Shown here in pieces: positions 23,323 to 34,112 of a stretch of 64,000 nt of DNA. This DNA is from Paraphysomonas bandaiensis (Eukaryota > Protista > Chrysophyceae): positions 1-64,000 of the forward strand of contig CBFFRP010000239.1 in the NCBI GenBank assembly GCA_965644295.1, in the 5' to 3' direction. How positions within the stretch are numbered: position 1 is the stretch's first letter; each line of letters opens with the position of its first letter. The position numbers were made by a program, and so were the translations under genes. A model generated the notes under the pieces. That model saw only the letters and a list, made by a program, of their open reading frames with translations. It did no database searches and was not told the origin of the DNA.

Positions 23323-23531
23323 AAATACATAGTGTCTATTGGAGTATATATTGACAGTGAATGACACCTAATTTATTGCAATGTGACCAGTATATGAAAT
23401 GATATTCACTGCATTGTCTAGTTCGTTTATTTCACAATGTCAACCTATAAATAAACATTGACTTGTTCTGACCCACAAGAATAAACTATGTACATACATA
23501 TGAATTTTACGGAGCGTGAGTGGAGGCAGTG

Positions 23532-23630
23532 TTCGTATGCCGCATTGAGATTGAGAGCAATTGAAAGCTGTAGCTCAAAGGTATGTGAATTATGACTGTT
23601 ATGGAAGAATACAGATTACAGCAATGAATG
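23532..23630 (+). mobile_element. Partial LTR related to the 36834-37176 LTR
   Basis: TTGAGAGCAATTGAAAGCTGTAGCTCAAAGGTATGTGAAT matches 36849-36889. It is preceded by the purine-rich GAGTGGAGGCAG and a TGTT start. Confidence 0.6.
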
Positions 23631-23639
23631 TCTAAGTCA

Positions 23640-24070
23640 CTATACTTAACTCTGATAGCTTACTATTTAAAGCCACGAAAGTTGCTTGTGCGTCACCGCA
23701 AGCACCACTTTCGCACTTTCGCTCAAAGCAAACACATGAGCAAGCAGAATGTTGATATACCTGTTGATTTTCGAGTTTAAGGTGAACAGCCCGGATGCTT
23801 GACTCCAGTAGGCAGCCCAATACCCCGGATGCTCTTGAGGTTCGCCCATTCCCGAATGCCTGTTTATTCGTCAAGGCCCAAAGTCGTCTACACAAGTGAT
23901 GCTTATTAGTCTCCCTTGTATCACATCAAGGCCTAAATCACACAAGCAATAGGCTATGAGTGGGCAGAACAATATCTGCTGACTATATATGCGGCTCACG
24001 GTAGTTTCTCCGCTACGTATACCCCTGAACACCACGAAAAGGTGCGAGTCCGACTCTGTTGAAGGGAGTG
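23640..24070 (-). repeat. Dispersed repeat family A, long copy
   Basis: Collinear with 11305-11670. Confidence 0.75.
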
Positions 24071-24470
24071 AAAGTCTTGCTCAGTTATGTCATTTTATAC
24101 ATGCCGTAGCCGTATCGTTGTAACAAAAGTAAAGCTGGCTGATCATACATATTAGTCTTCAGCAGTCATCTCACTAGACATCATCATATGAATATTTGAG
24201 CTTCATACCCTGGAGTATATTGTATATAGTGGGTCTCAAGAGGGGACTCAGAGACCCTTGGTGCCTGTCTATTGAGTGGGTATGTGATATGTGACACATA
24301 GGTTGCATGCAGGCATTATTTTATACCAAAATCTTGTGAGTCAACCGGTGGTGTGAACAAGAAACACGAGAAAAAATAAATACCAATTATTTATATATAT
24401 ATCGTGGTCATACATCGCAGTAATATAACTTTACACACCACACATTTCCATATAAAAATCGAAACTCATG

Positions 24471-26356
24471 TTATTTACGTTCAGTATTCCCCGTGTCTTG
24501 AATACAATAGTTTAAACAGTGTTTCCACTTCCATTGAGGTATTCGGGTGAATACCGAACGAAAGCATCGCGTAATATATGGCCAAATCTTTTCCATATCA
24601 ATACTATTACTACTACATTCTCCATTATATTCTGCATGAAATCAGAGGGTTAACTGTGCATAGCTTTCAACATCAAAAGAATATGTTACCTTTAATCCAA
24701 TACCTCAGGTATGGAATAATAGTGTCGAACACAGTTATCATTTGAACCGCAAAATTTCCACTTTCATTTGAGACGCTTGTATCTAGGCGCAAAATAAAAT
24801 ACGTAGCAATCATAATATCAATACAATCACCTGAGGACTTTTTTTCAAGTATTCCCTCAGAGCAAAGCACCAAAAGTAAGTGAGTGAGAAGTGCATCGAA
24901 ATCACAGTCCTCGTGCTGCATATAGCCATGAAATGACAAACTTACAGGAAAAACGCATGACATGTAGAGCCACATCAGAATGCATACCTTAGGTACATCG
25001 ACAGACTCTGAAGTGCCCCCGTCTGTAGTACGTCTCTTCTTTATCGACTTTCCCAGATATCCGTCGAATGTCCCACATACTCGATTTACAGCCTCCGGAT
25101 GTGTACTGTGAAGATATCCATAAGCATGTCGGCTACTCGCATTCCATGCATCAGCTACGACTCGTCTTAAGGCAGGATCACGTCTACGCAGTAAATATGA
25201 AGCACGAATATATCCGCATAATGGAGTGCATACGCATGGTGGTACAATAGAGAATATTACGGCTGACACGTACATGATATCGTCGACCATCATATATTTC
25301 TCACGCAACGGCTTTCTACTTCGATTTTCAGGTGTTGCTGGTTGTTTATTTGGCATCGCGGCATGAATACGGAGCATGTAAGACAACAGGGTGATCCGCA
25401 AAATAGCAGTGCTATCGTAGTGATCATATACAGCAACGCAAGGGCAGTACAGAAGCGCACGTCGAACTTGCAGGAGAGGACTTATATTCCTGGGTAATAG
25501 TGAGTCTGCAGTACAGCAATGGCAATGTGGCGGAGAGGGAATCGCACAAAGTAGAGCCTCCTCGCTACTGCCGGATACAGTATAAGTGTGACGGGGTTGA
25601 TATGTACTTCGAGAATCTCACCTTCCATTGTGACTCTCGGTGGTATGCACAGTGCTTCCAATTAGAGGAGGATTTTTATACTCATATTTATACATTCGAA
25701 GGACTGTCAACTATGCAGAGTCTCAGGGCATGAAGGTAGCATCCCGCAAAACGACTCACCATGTGCAGCGATTCTATATTTGGATCAAACGTTTTCTCTA
25801 TAATCGATGCTTGCACTATCAACTCACTGCAACACCCAATATAAACAACATTTCATGATGTTGATTCGACATTACCCGTTATACACATTGAGAACACCTT
25901 TTATTGTTACACAGTCTCCAATAGTAATATCCCGGACAGCATTATGACCCACATCATTCTTATTCAGATACTTCCAACACTCGACTTCACCAGTACTGTC
26001 GTCGACTTTGAATACAACTATACGTATACATATCAACACATATGTAGACTGTACTGATATATATACGAACCTTTCTCAGCATTCGATCGTTGAGTACGAA
26101 TGTACCTCTCGACTACTACTCCATGTAGACATACACGTCTCACAGGCCTCTGAAAGAGATAGAGTTCATACTTCTCTTCTCTGTTAATGATAGTGATGTC
26201 TCGTCGTAGTGATAGTATGAATAATGGGCTGTATGCCTGTGTGTATATCATATGAGGGATATGAGAGATTTAATATGAAGAAATACGTACAGAGAACAGA
26301 GGATCCAATGCCCATTTATCTATAGGGATAGAACTTTTACTGACACTCCCCTCCAT
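24471..26356 (-). CDS. STN1: STN1 (CST complex OB-fold subunit), multi-exon, not visible as one ORF in the track
   Basis: Spliced read: MEGSVSKSSIPIDKWALDPLFS|AYSPLFILSL..YLFQRPVRRVCLHGVVV..|VVFKVDDSTGEVECWKY..ITIGDCVTIKGVLNVYNG|..IEKTFDPNIESLHM|LTVLRMYKYEY. This matches STN1 hallmarks (WGLDP.F, DDSTG, DPN.E.LH). Stop TAA at 24471-24473. 3' exon boundaries are less certain. Confidence 0.75.
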
Positions 26357-26396
26357 TGTATGGGTGATTAAAAGTGGAGATAATCCTCCTATAAGA

Positions 26397-26794
26397 TACC
26401 TACCTACCTACCTACCTACCTACCTACCTACCTACCTACCTACATACATACATACATACATACATACATACATACATACATACATACATACATACATACA
26501 TACATACATACATACATACCTACCTACCTACCTACCTACCTACCTACCTACCTACCTACCTACCTACATACATACATACATACATACATACATACATACA
26601 TACATACATACATACATACATACATACATACCTACATATACATACATACATACATACATACCTACATACATACATACCTACCTACCTACCTACCTACCTA
26701 CCTACCTACCTACCGACATACATACATACATACATACATACATACATACATACATACATACATACATACATACATACATACATACATACATACA
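26397..26794 (+). repeat. Compound (TACC)n/(TACA)n microsatellite, ~400 bp
   Basis: Directly visible alternating blocks. Confidence 0.99.
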
Positions 26795-26818
26795 TTCTCG
26801 ATATCTTCAATGAGGTAT

Positions 26819-28560
26819 AGCATTATTGACAAAAAGTGGGGTTTTCAAGACAGAAAACTCAATAAAACAAGAAAAAAGCACATGTCACTCGCGATATAAC
26901 GCGGTTTCTATGTTGCGTCCATATGACTGTATATGCTCTGTATACACTGTATATGGTTTGGAAATCTTAACACACGTTCTTAGCAAAAAAAACTATCAAA
27001 AAACCCTCCGAAAAATCCCACCTTTTTCGAAACCTCGTTGGAATTCCTGCTTGGTGTGGTTTGGAAATCTTAAAAGTGGTCGGAATCTTGAAGTGTGTGT
27101 GTGTTGGGTGTGTGATAGAGGAGAGGGTCGTATGTGCATATGGTAGAGGGGAATACTGCTCTGTATTTTCGCTCAGAATATTTCCCGTATTTTATTTTAA
27201 CGGTTGAGAGTGTGGGTCGTCTGAGATGTTCTAGATATCAGATCTGTCCTCCTCTCATAATTTTGATCAAAATGGGCAACAGTGCAAGTGTTACTAATAA
27301 TAAGCGTGTAGTGGTGGTAGGTGGAGGGTATGTTGGTGGAGCAGTTGCAAAAGAACTGGACAAGAAGTTCGATGTGACTGTGATTGAGCCACAGGATCAT
27401 ACCTATCACAAAATCGCAGCACTTCGAGCTGCTGTGGTTCCAGGATGGGAGAAGAGAGCTACCATTCCACTGGATAAGTTGCTGAAGAAAGGAAAGATCC
27501 TTCGTGATAAGGTGACGTCAATCGATTCAAATCAAGTCACTTTAAGCAGTGGTACCACTGTCGAGGCTGACTACATCGTTTTGGCACATGGTCAAGGCCC
27601 AATGACTTTTCCTTCGGGGCCGTTGGAAGATGTGACCGACATGGCTACATTGCAGAATGCATTACGAGAGCACCAGGCGAAGATTTCACGTTCTGAGAAC
27701 ATTGTTATTATTGGTGGGGGTCCTGTTGGAGTTGAACTTGCAGGAGAAATATGTGCACACCATCCAGGGAAAAAGGTTACCTTGGTTCATTCTCATTCAA
27801 AACTTCTCAACAACACTAACCCACCTCTGCTGGAGAAAGGAATACAAAAAGTTCAAAGTTCTTTGGAGGCTATGGGATGCACTGTACGTCTCGGTGCAAG
27901 AGTTAACTCCCTGCCTCCAACACCAGGAGGCGATTCATTTATTGAAGGGAAGAATACACTTACGCTTTCTGATGGCTCGACTATTGAGGCGGATCTGACT
28001 GTGGTAACAGTAGGCCCTGGAAAGAAGCAAGGGAATTTGGTCGATGCTGTCGATGAAAACAATAGAGTTATAGTAGATGAATATCTCAGAGTAAAAGGCT
28101 ATTCAAATGTTTTTTGCGTCGGAGATGCAAATAATCATCCGGAGACCAAACTTGCATTTACTGGAGGTATCCAAGGCCTTCATGTCGCCAAGAATATAGT
28201 TACAATGGAAAAAGGCAAGAGACCAGTCCCATATTCAGGTATGGACAAAAAGGAGCTCGGCATAATGTTGATACCATTGGGACCCAAAAAAGGAGTAGCT
28301 ATTATGGAGAAAAATGTCATGGGTGATGGCATGGCTAAGCTGATAAAAAGCAAGGGACTCTTCTCGAAGAAGCAATTTGAACAGAATAGTGCTGTGCTAC
28401 CACAGGTGTAATTGTTGTGTGTAGTGTGCAGTAGTTTTGTCACAGACTTCTTGCTACATTTCGAATCCCGATTTTGACTTTAACTTTCGAAATCGTGTCA
28501 AGATTTGTCTAATTTCTAGGATTAGATATTAGTCAGTCTGTAATTAAATATTCAATATCT
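26819..28560 (+). repeat. Left arm of ~1.73-kb inverted segmental duplication (partner 34113-35835)
   Basis: Near-identical reverse complement, including upstream region, CDS and 3' region. Confidence 0.95.
27272..28411 (+). CDS. FSP1/AIFM2 (AMID)-like FAD/NAD(P)H oxidoreductase, copy 1, intronless, 379 aa
   Basis: MGNSAS N-myristoylation motif; two Rossmann motifs VVVVGGGYVG and IVIIGGGPVGVELAGE; VDEYLRVKGYSNVFCVGD. Confidence 0.9.
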   Translation: MGNSASVTNNKRVVVVGGGYVGGAVAKELDKKFDVTVIEPQDHTYHKIAALRAAVVPGWEKRATIPLDKLLKKGKILRDKVTSIDSNQVTLSSGTTVEADYIVLAHGQGPMTFPSGPLEDVTDMATLQNALREHQAKISRSENIVIIGGGPVGVELAGEICAHHPGKKVTLVHSHSKLLNNTNPPLLEKGIQKVQSSLEAMGCTVRLGARVNSLPPTPGGDSFIEGKNTLTLSDGSTIEADLTVVTVGPGKKQGNLVDAVDENNRVIVDEYLRVKGYSNVFCVGDANNHPETKLAFTGGIQGLHVAKNIVTMEKGKRPVPYSGMDKKELGIMLIPLGPKKGVAIMEKNVMGDGMAKLIKSKGLFSKKQFEQNSAVLPQV

Positions 28561-28792
28561 ATGCAATACATTTGCTATATGTTTTTGGGCTACAGAGAAA
28601 AGATTTTTTAATCCTTTTGGTGAGACATTAGTAATAGTAAATATTTGTCTGTAGAAGAACTACTTTGGTTTAAGCAAACAAAAAATCAATAGAGAAAAGC
28701 AGATGAATTCTTTTAATCGTTTGCGTGATCGTTTTAGATTCAGAGTGCGGGAGGTGGGTGGACTGTTGTTGTATGTAAGATCTAATATATCC

Positions 28793-28958
28793 CAGGGCCT
28801 GGTAACCATTAATGGTAATGGCATTAATGGCCATTAATGGGCCATTAATAGTAATGCCATTATAATTGCCGGGACACTTTTCATTAATGCCATTATAATT
28901 GCCGGGAACTGGACTACCATTAATGGGCCATTAATGGTTACATGGTTACCAGGCCCTG
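28793..28958. mobile_element. 166-bp hAT-type MITE
   Basis: Perfect 17-bp TIR CAGGGCCTGGTAACCAT...ATGGTTACCAGGCCCTG and perfect 8-bp TSD ATATATCC (28785-28792, 28959-28966). The interior is built of CCATTAATGG palindromes and a duplicated TAATGCCATTATAATTGCCGGGA. Confidence 0.92.
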
Positions 28959-29009
28959 ATATATCCAGCTACCGACTGTTCTATAGCGAGTAGTTGAGTA
29001 CTATAATTT

Positions 29010-29110
29010 GAATGTCATGATGAAATTGATTATCCATGATCAATATATGTAATTAAGAAGCTGTTGGTATATAGTTGTTACGTAGATACTATATACTGTA
29101 ATATATTATA
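29010..29110 (+). repeat. Diverged fragment of the LTR family seen at 46595-46849
   Basis: GTCATGATGAAATTGATTATCCATGATCAATATATGTAATTAAGAAGCT resembles 46703-46753. Confidence 0.55.
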
Positions 29111-30448
29111 TACTATATACTATATGGTTCCCTAGCCCTGTGTATTCATTTAGATTCTAGATGTGTAGCAGACCAAAGGAGTCGACTACCTTCTATTTGG
29201 TACTTTCAAATTATGCATATTACAAATCTATTTACACTCATCATAGATCTCGATTAGCATACATAAGTATACTAGTATGGATTCACCATATCTTGATTCA
29301 TACAGTATCGTAAAAGCTAAAGGCTACATTGCACATGTGAATCTCTACAATATAGTAATACATAAATCTTAGCCCAAACATTTGCCTTGTCATAATGTCA
29401 GTGACAGGTAGAGAGATGAGTGTATCATAAAAAATAAACTCATATCACGATGTTTGCTCTCTTAACATATGAACTCTATACGTATACATATCTCAGATAG
29501 GCTCTACACTGGTCTGTTAACGATATCAGTGTCGATTGTCTGTTGAAACTCTGCGATAGTATTCATATGTGTAGTGATGTTGTGATAACCGCTTCCCATA
29601 TATGCCGTACAGAGTCTTATGAATACATGCTGAATCATCCACCGCATGAGAGCAGAGGCGCTGATGTTAGATAGTTTGAGGGCTGTCCATAAAAAGACCT
29701 CACTGAGATATGCAGTACACCATACATACAACACACATATTCGCTATAAGTACATAACATATCATACAGACACTGCTGTACATACAGCACACCAGCAGCG
29801 GCATCTACAGTGGAGTCTACTGCATACAGAGTCTACATAGGCATAGTGTGTGGATAATTTTCAAGAAATCTACTTTGGAATTATCGTGTCCTTCCATTCT
29901 CTAGCCCGCCTTAACAACATCAGTGGGGTAGGCCTGTACATTGAGATATGAGCCACATTAAGGGCATCAGTCTCTCTACTTGTATATATATTCGAGAAAT
30001 CTTGTTGAAAAATCCACCGAACGGACGAAATTTAGAGGATTTTGGTAAATCTATTGTTTTTTTGGGCTACAAACCCTCAGAAATTAGGAATATTGGATGT
30101 TGCTCCTGCCAGATGCATCCATATACACTCTCTGTACGCCTCGAGCTATATGTCAGTCGGACACAGAGTTTACTTCAAAAATCGATATGCTGGAAGTTTC
30201 ATTCGTATGTGGTTCACTTCATCTATACATACATACATGTACATACAGCAGCATGTGTCGTCTACTCATCATATGGACACTGACACTACTGTAAGTGTAA
30301 GAGCATTATAAGACCATTGAGTGTGAAATGTCCATTCAATCAACCCACAGGATGTTGGGTAATGACTATACCCTCAGTGTGACTGAAGGGATAGGGGTTT
30401 AGTAACTACACTGTGATTATATCATACAATCGTCACGGACTATCTCAT

Positions 30449-33400
30449 ATGCGATCTCTGCTATATACATCCTTATATACACTGCTTCTTGCGGTAATAT
30501 CTGATAGTAAAAATATATATTTTTCTGCTATCATTGATATATACACACGAAGCGGGCATCTGTCTCAGAGGGGCCTACAAGCTCAAGCTGCGATATTAAT
30601 GGCTCTGGAAGATATTAATAATAAGACAGATGGGATATATGATGATATTCTTCCTGACTGTTTTATGAATGTTTCTTTCAAGTTTCCTTATATAGAAAAT
30701 AAAAAGTATATAGAATCTGCAGTGGCATTAAGTGGGGATGGTACTGCTATGACCGGGTGCATTGGTCCTGGGGACACAGAATACTTCTCAGGTTTGTCCC
30801 TCGAGAAGTGTAGCCTTATATGCTAATAAATGGAATTAGTTGTCAATCCTATTTTAGTGGAAGGTGGTGTATTTCATATGGGCTATCGGGCTGGCTCTGT
30901 GCGAACGCCGGAGCAGTTTCTGCGCACAAGCCCTGCAAATGAACCACAAGGTTAGGGTATATGCTATTCTTACTGTTATCACTGAAGGAATCATTACAGC
31001 AATTGCACTGGCCCGGCTAATCCGTCAGCATTTTGGATGGGAACGTATAGGTGTTATAACTTCTATGGACTCAAGCTCCATTAATTCATACGACGCGTTC
31101 AAGAGGGAAGCGCTCAATTTGGGCATCCAGGTATATGAAACTGAAATAACCAATATTTCTTGTTTTACGTATATTACAGATAATATGTGTGAGCTACTTA
31201 CCCAGTACAACTTCTAAAGAAGAATACGAACAGTCTGTGACGAAAATGGCAAAATGTGGAGCTCGAATTCTGGTGATATTAACTGCTGAGAAACATATGC
31301 AGGGTATAGTTTTGAATATTACTTTATTGTGACGGTAATTAATGTATTTTAATGCACAGGAATTGCAACAGAAGGGAATAGTATTGGTTTATTCAGATCT
31401 AACCTTCAACTACTGACGCTCCACCACTCTATGTTGGCCTCTGTAAGAGCTGACGTTGGTCTCTCGTCAAAGGATATATCACGCCTACTCAAGGGCGCAA
31501 TGTCACTTCGACCAAGCTTAGATATTTCTGCAGCACCAAGTTTTGCTTTTGTTGAACGATTTTTAGCACAGCAATCAACAGTTGGAGTGTTCAACTCGAC
31601 TTCTGGGGGGTACGTATGTCATCCTGGGTATGATGCGTCAGGATTTCCGTTATATAGATCCTACGAGGAAGAATATATCCGAAGGTCATCATCACCATGC
31701 TTGGGCTTAAATTTTAGTGCATTTAGTAAAGATGGGAGTGATATTGAAATGGACGCTTTTTATGCTTATGACGCCGTCATTTCTCTGGCACATAGCATTC
31801 ACTACTTAATGAAATCTGATAACTTTACGCTTCCGCCATCTCTGAATTCTGCTGCGTTGTTAAAATATGTTACGAAGAATTCTTTTACAGGGGCAACAGG
31901 AAGAGTAACGTACCGAGCATCTCCCATTGAGTATTCTGAGCGGGCCTACAGACTTTCTGATATGCCATTTGAGGTGGTAAATTTTAATAGTGAAGTATAT
32001 CTTCGCGATTCGTCGGGTTCAGTGTCATCAGGACTTGTCTTTGTGGGAAATGTATGGAATAATCACCCGTTCGAATCATGTGAAGCAACGTCGTCAAATT
32101 GCTACCCTATTGTTTTTAATACTGAGGACAACTCTCCACCTACAGATAGACCACACACCGAGTTTAGGGAGGTAAATCAATACGCCTATGTGGCGGTCGT
32201 GATTGTCTCTACACTCGGATTTTTGTGTTCTGTCGTCTGTGTTGGAATGCTGTATATTTATCGGTCAACTCGTCTGGTCCGTGTTGCTCAACCTATTCCT
32301 TCGTCGTTTGTTATTGCAGGCTGTATGTTGGCGTTTGCCACCGCAATCAGTATTGTAAGAGAAGTTACTGTGGAGACATGCTGTGTTAATATATGGTTAG
32401 CCCACGTGTCGTTTGTCTTTATATTTGCTCCATTGGTGGCAAAAATTTGGCGAATCCATCTTGTTCTAAACTTCACCGACAGGCATCATCAAATTTCAAC
32501 CTCTCACACTGTGGTATTTATTTTGTGCATGATATCGATATCAGTTGTAATACTGGCTGTGGAAACCAAGCTTCAACCCCAGAAGGTGTCCTACCGCACA
32601 TTATCAGATGATCAATTCAATCACGTGAAGGAGGTTGTATGTCATATATCCCCATATCAGGGAATTAGTATTGGATACGAAGCCATACTTCTACTGTATG
32701 GAATATATTTACTATATAAAACTCGGAATTTGCCTGTCGGAATTAGTGATGCTAAAGTCATTGCCTCAGGTTTACCTTTATTTGTTTATATATTTGTCTT
32801 ACGTTTATATTTGCAGCAATGTCGACTTTGATCACTTGCACATTCGTAGCAGGAGCTTTAGTTTTATTTTTTGAAGGCATTGACTATACTAGTTTTGTTG
32901 TAATAGTAGCAGTTGTATTCATACTGGCTACTTTCCGAGTGATGACAGTGTTGTTTTTTACGATGGGGGGGCTACTTCTTAAGGTATTTTTTCTATTAGT
33001 TGTGGTTTGCAGCGATTGATAGTCATGTTTTATTCAGGGTTATGATTTGGATAGAAAATTTCAATTGACCCGGGTGTCTGATGAGAAGTCTGTATCCGAT
33101 AAGTATGTACACCTTTTTGACACTGCACATAAGAATGCAATAACATGTTGGTTTTGTGCAGACTTCTTAGGCTGGTACATGTGGTCGTGCCTCTAATGAG
33201 ACGGAAGCGTTTTGTCTTGGACGGCGATAGTGCACGAGTGAAAAATACTGTTATGAGTTCATCGGAAGCACAAATCCTTCCCGGTGATGAGCTCATGGCC
33301 ATCCAAGCTGAGATAGATAGGTGAGATTTCTATCGTGCTACTCTGTTGTGTAAAAATTGGTAAAGGTTGAATGAGCGGTTGGATCTACTTGCCAATAGGG

Positions 33401-33717
33401 CACTGTATCCCTCTAGAGCAAACAACAGTCGACAGCCAATTCGGTCAGCAGGTGCTAGGCGTCGTGACTATATATGCGTATGATTAATAATACTTTATGT
33501 AGCACAATACTCTGAGGGAGATTGTAATATGGAGAACATTTCCAATGTAGAATTAGGAGAAAATGATGACAACGAGAAACTTGATAATTCTGGTGCACTC
33601 TGCAGTACTCCATCCAGCAAAATGCTTGCTAATATGGACTTCATGACGAGGCAAATGAATAGCGAAGACATTTGTGACTACCCTGATGCAAGTAGCCGGG
33701 TAGTTAACAGTACTTAG
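30449..33717 (+). CDS. Class C (GABA-B-like) GPCR: signal peptide, Venus-flytrap/ANF-receptor domain, 7TM_3; multi-exon
   Basis: AAILMALEDINNK..ILPD, QHFGWERIGVI, FYAYDAVISLAHSIH, SFTGATGRV, YRSTRLVRVAQP, FIFAPLVAKIWRIH, YKTRNLP..ISDAKVI. Confidence 0.85.
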
Positions 33718-34112
33718 ATGGTTTCTGACATTGTTAACCTCCGACGACAGACGGTGGTGATTATTATTTGTGCAGTGTATGTATATGTAATATAATAAAA
33801 GTTTTTGGTGTATATATATCACCAGTTTTTGTGATAACTTTTCGTTGAATAGGTACTAACTGAGCGTTTTAAGTTACTAATCAGCGTAGGTGCATAATGT
33901 TGAGTTTTGCTGTTCGAACAATTGGCTGTAATACTAAGGTATTTATGATCGCTCGTCGAAGAATACAGTTGTGGTTAACAGTATTATTAATACCTTCGAA
34001 CTACAACTTATAATTTTTTACAAACATTCTCAGCTTTCTTTGCCCTGTTACACAACTACACAACCACAATAAAACCATTTCAAGATCGCGCTTCTCTAAA
34101 AGTTAAACGTAG

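Noticed and set aside
26364-26813. 149-aa YLPT/YIHT ORF
   Set aside because: Translation of the compound microsatellite.
27134-27271. N-terminal extensions of the oxidoreductase ORFs (425/439 aa in track)
   Set aside because: The extensions differ in length between copies and look like UTR. MGNSAS gives a family-typical myristoylated start.
28800-28950. CRISPR-like array of short palindromic repeats
   Set aside because: No unique spacers; the repeats are the interior of a TIR/TSD-bounded MITE.
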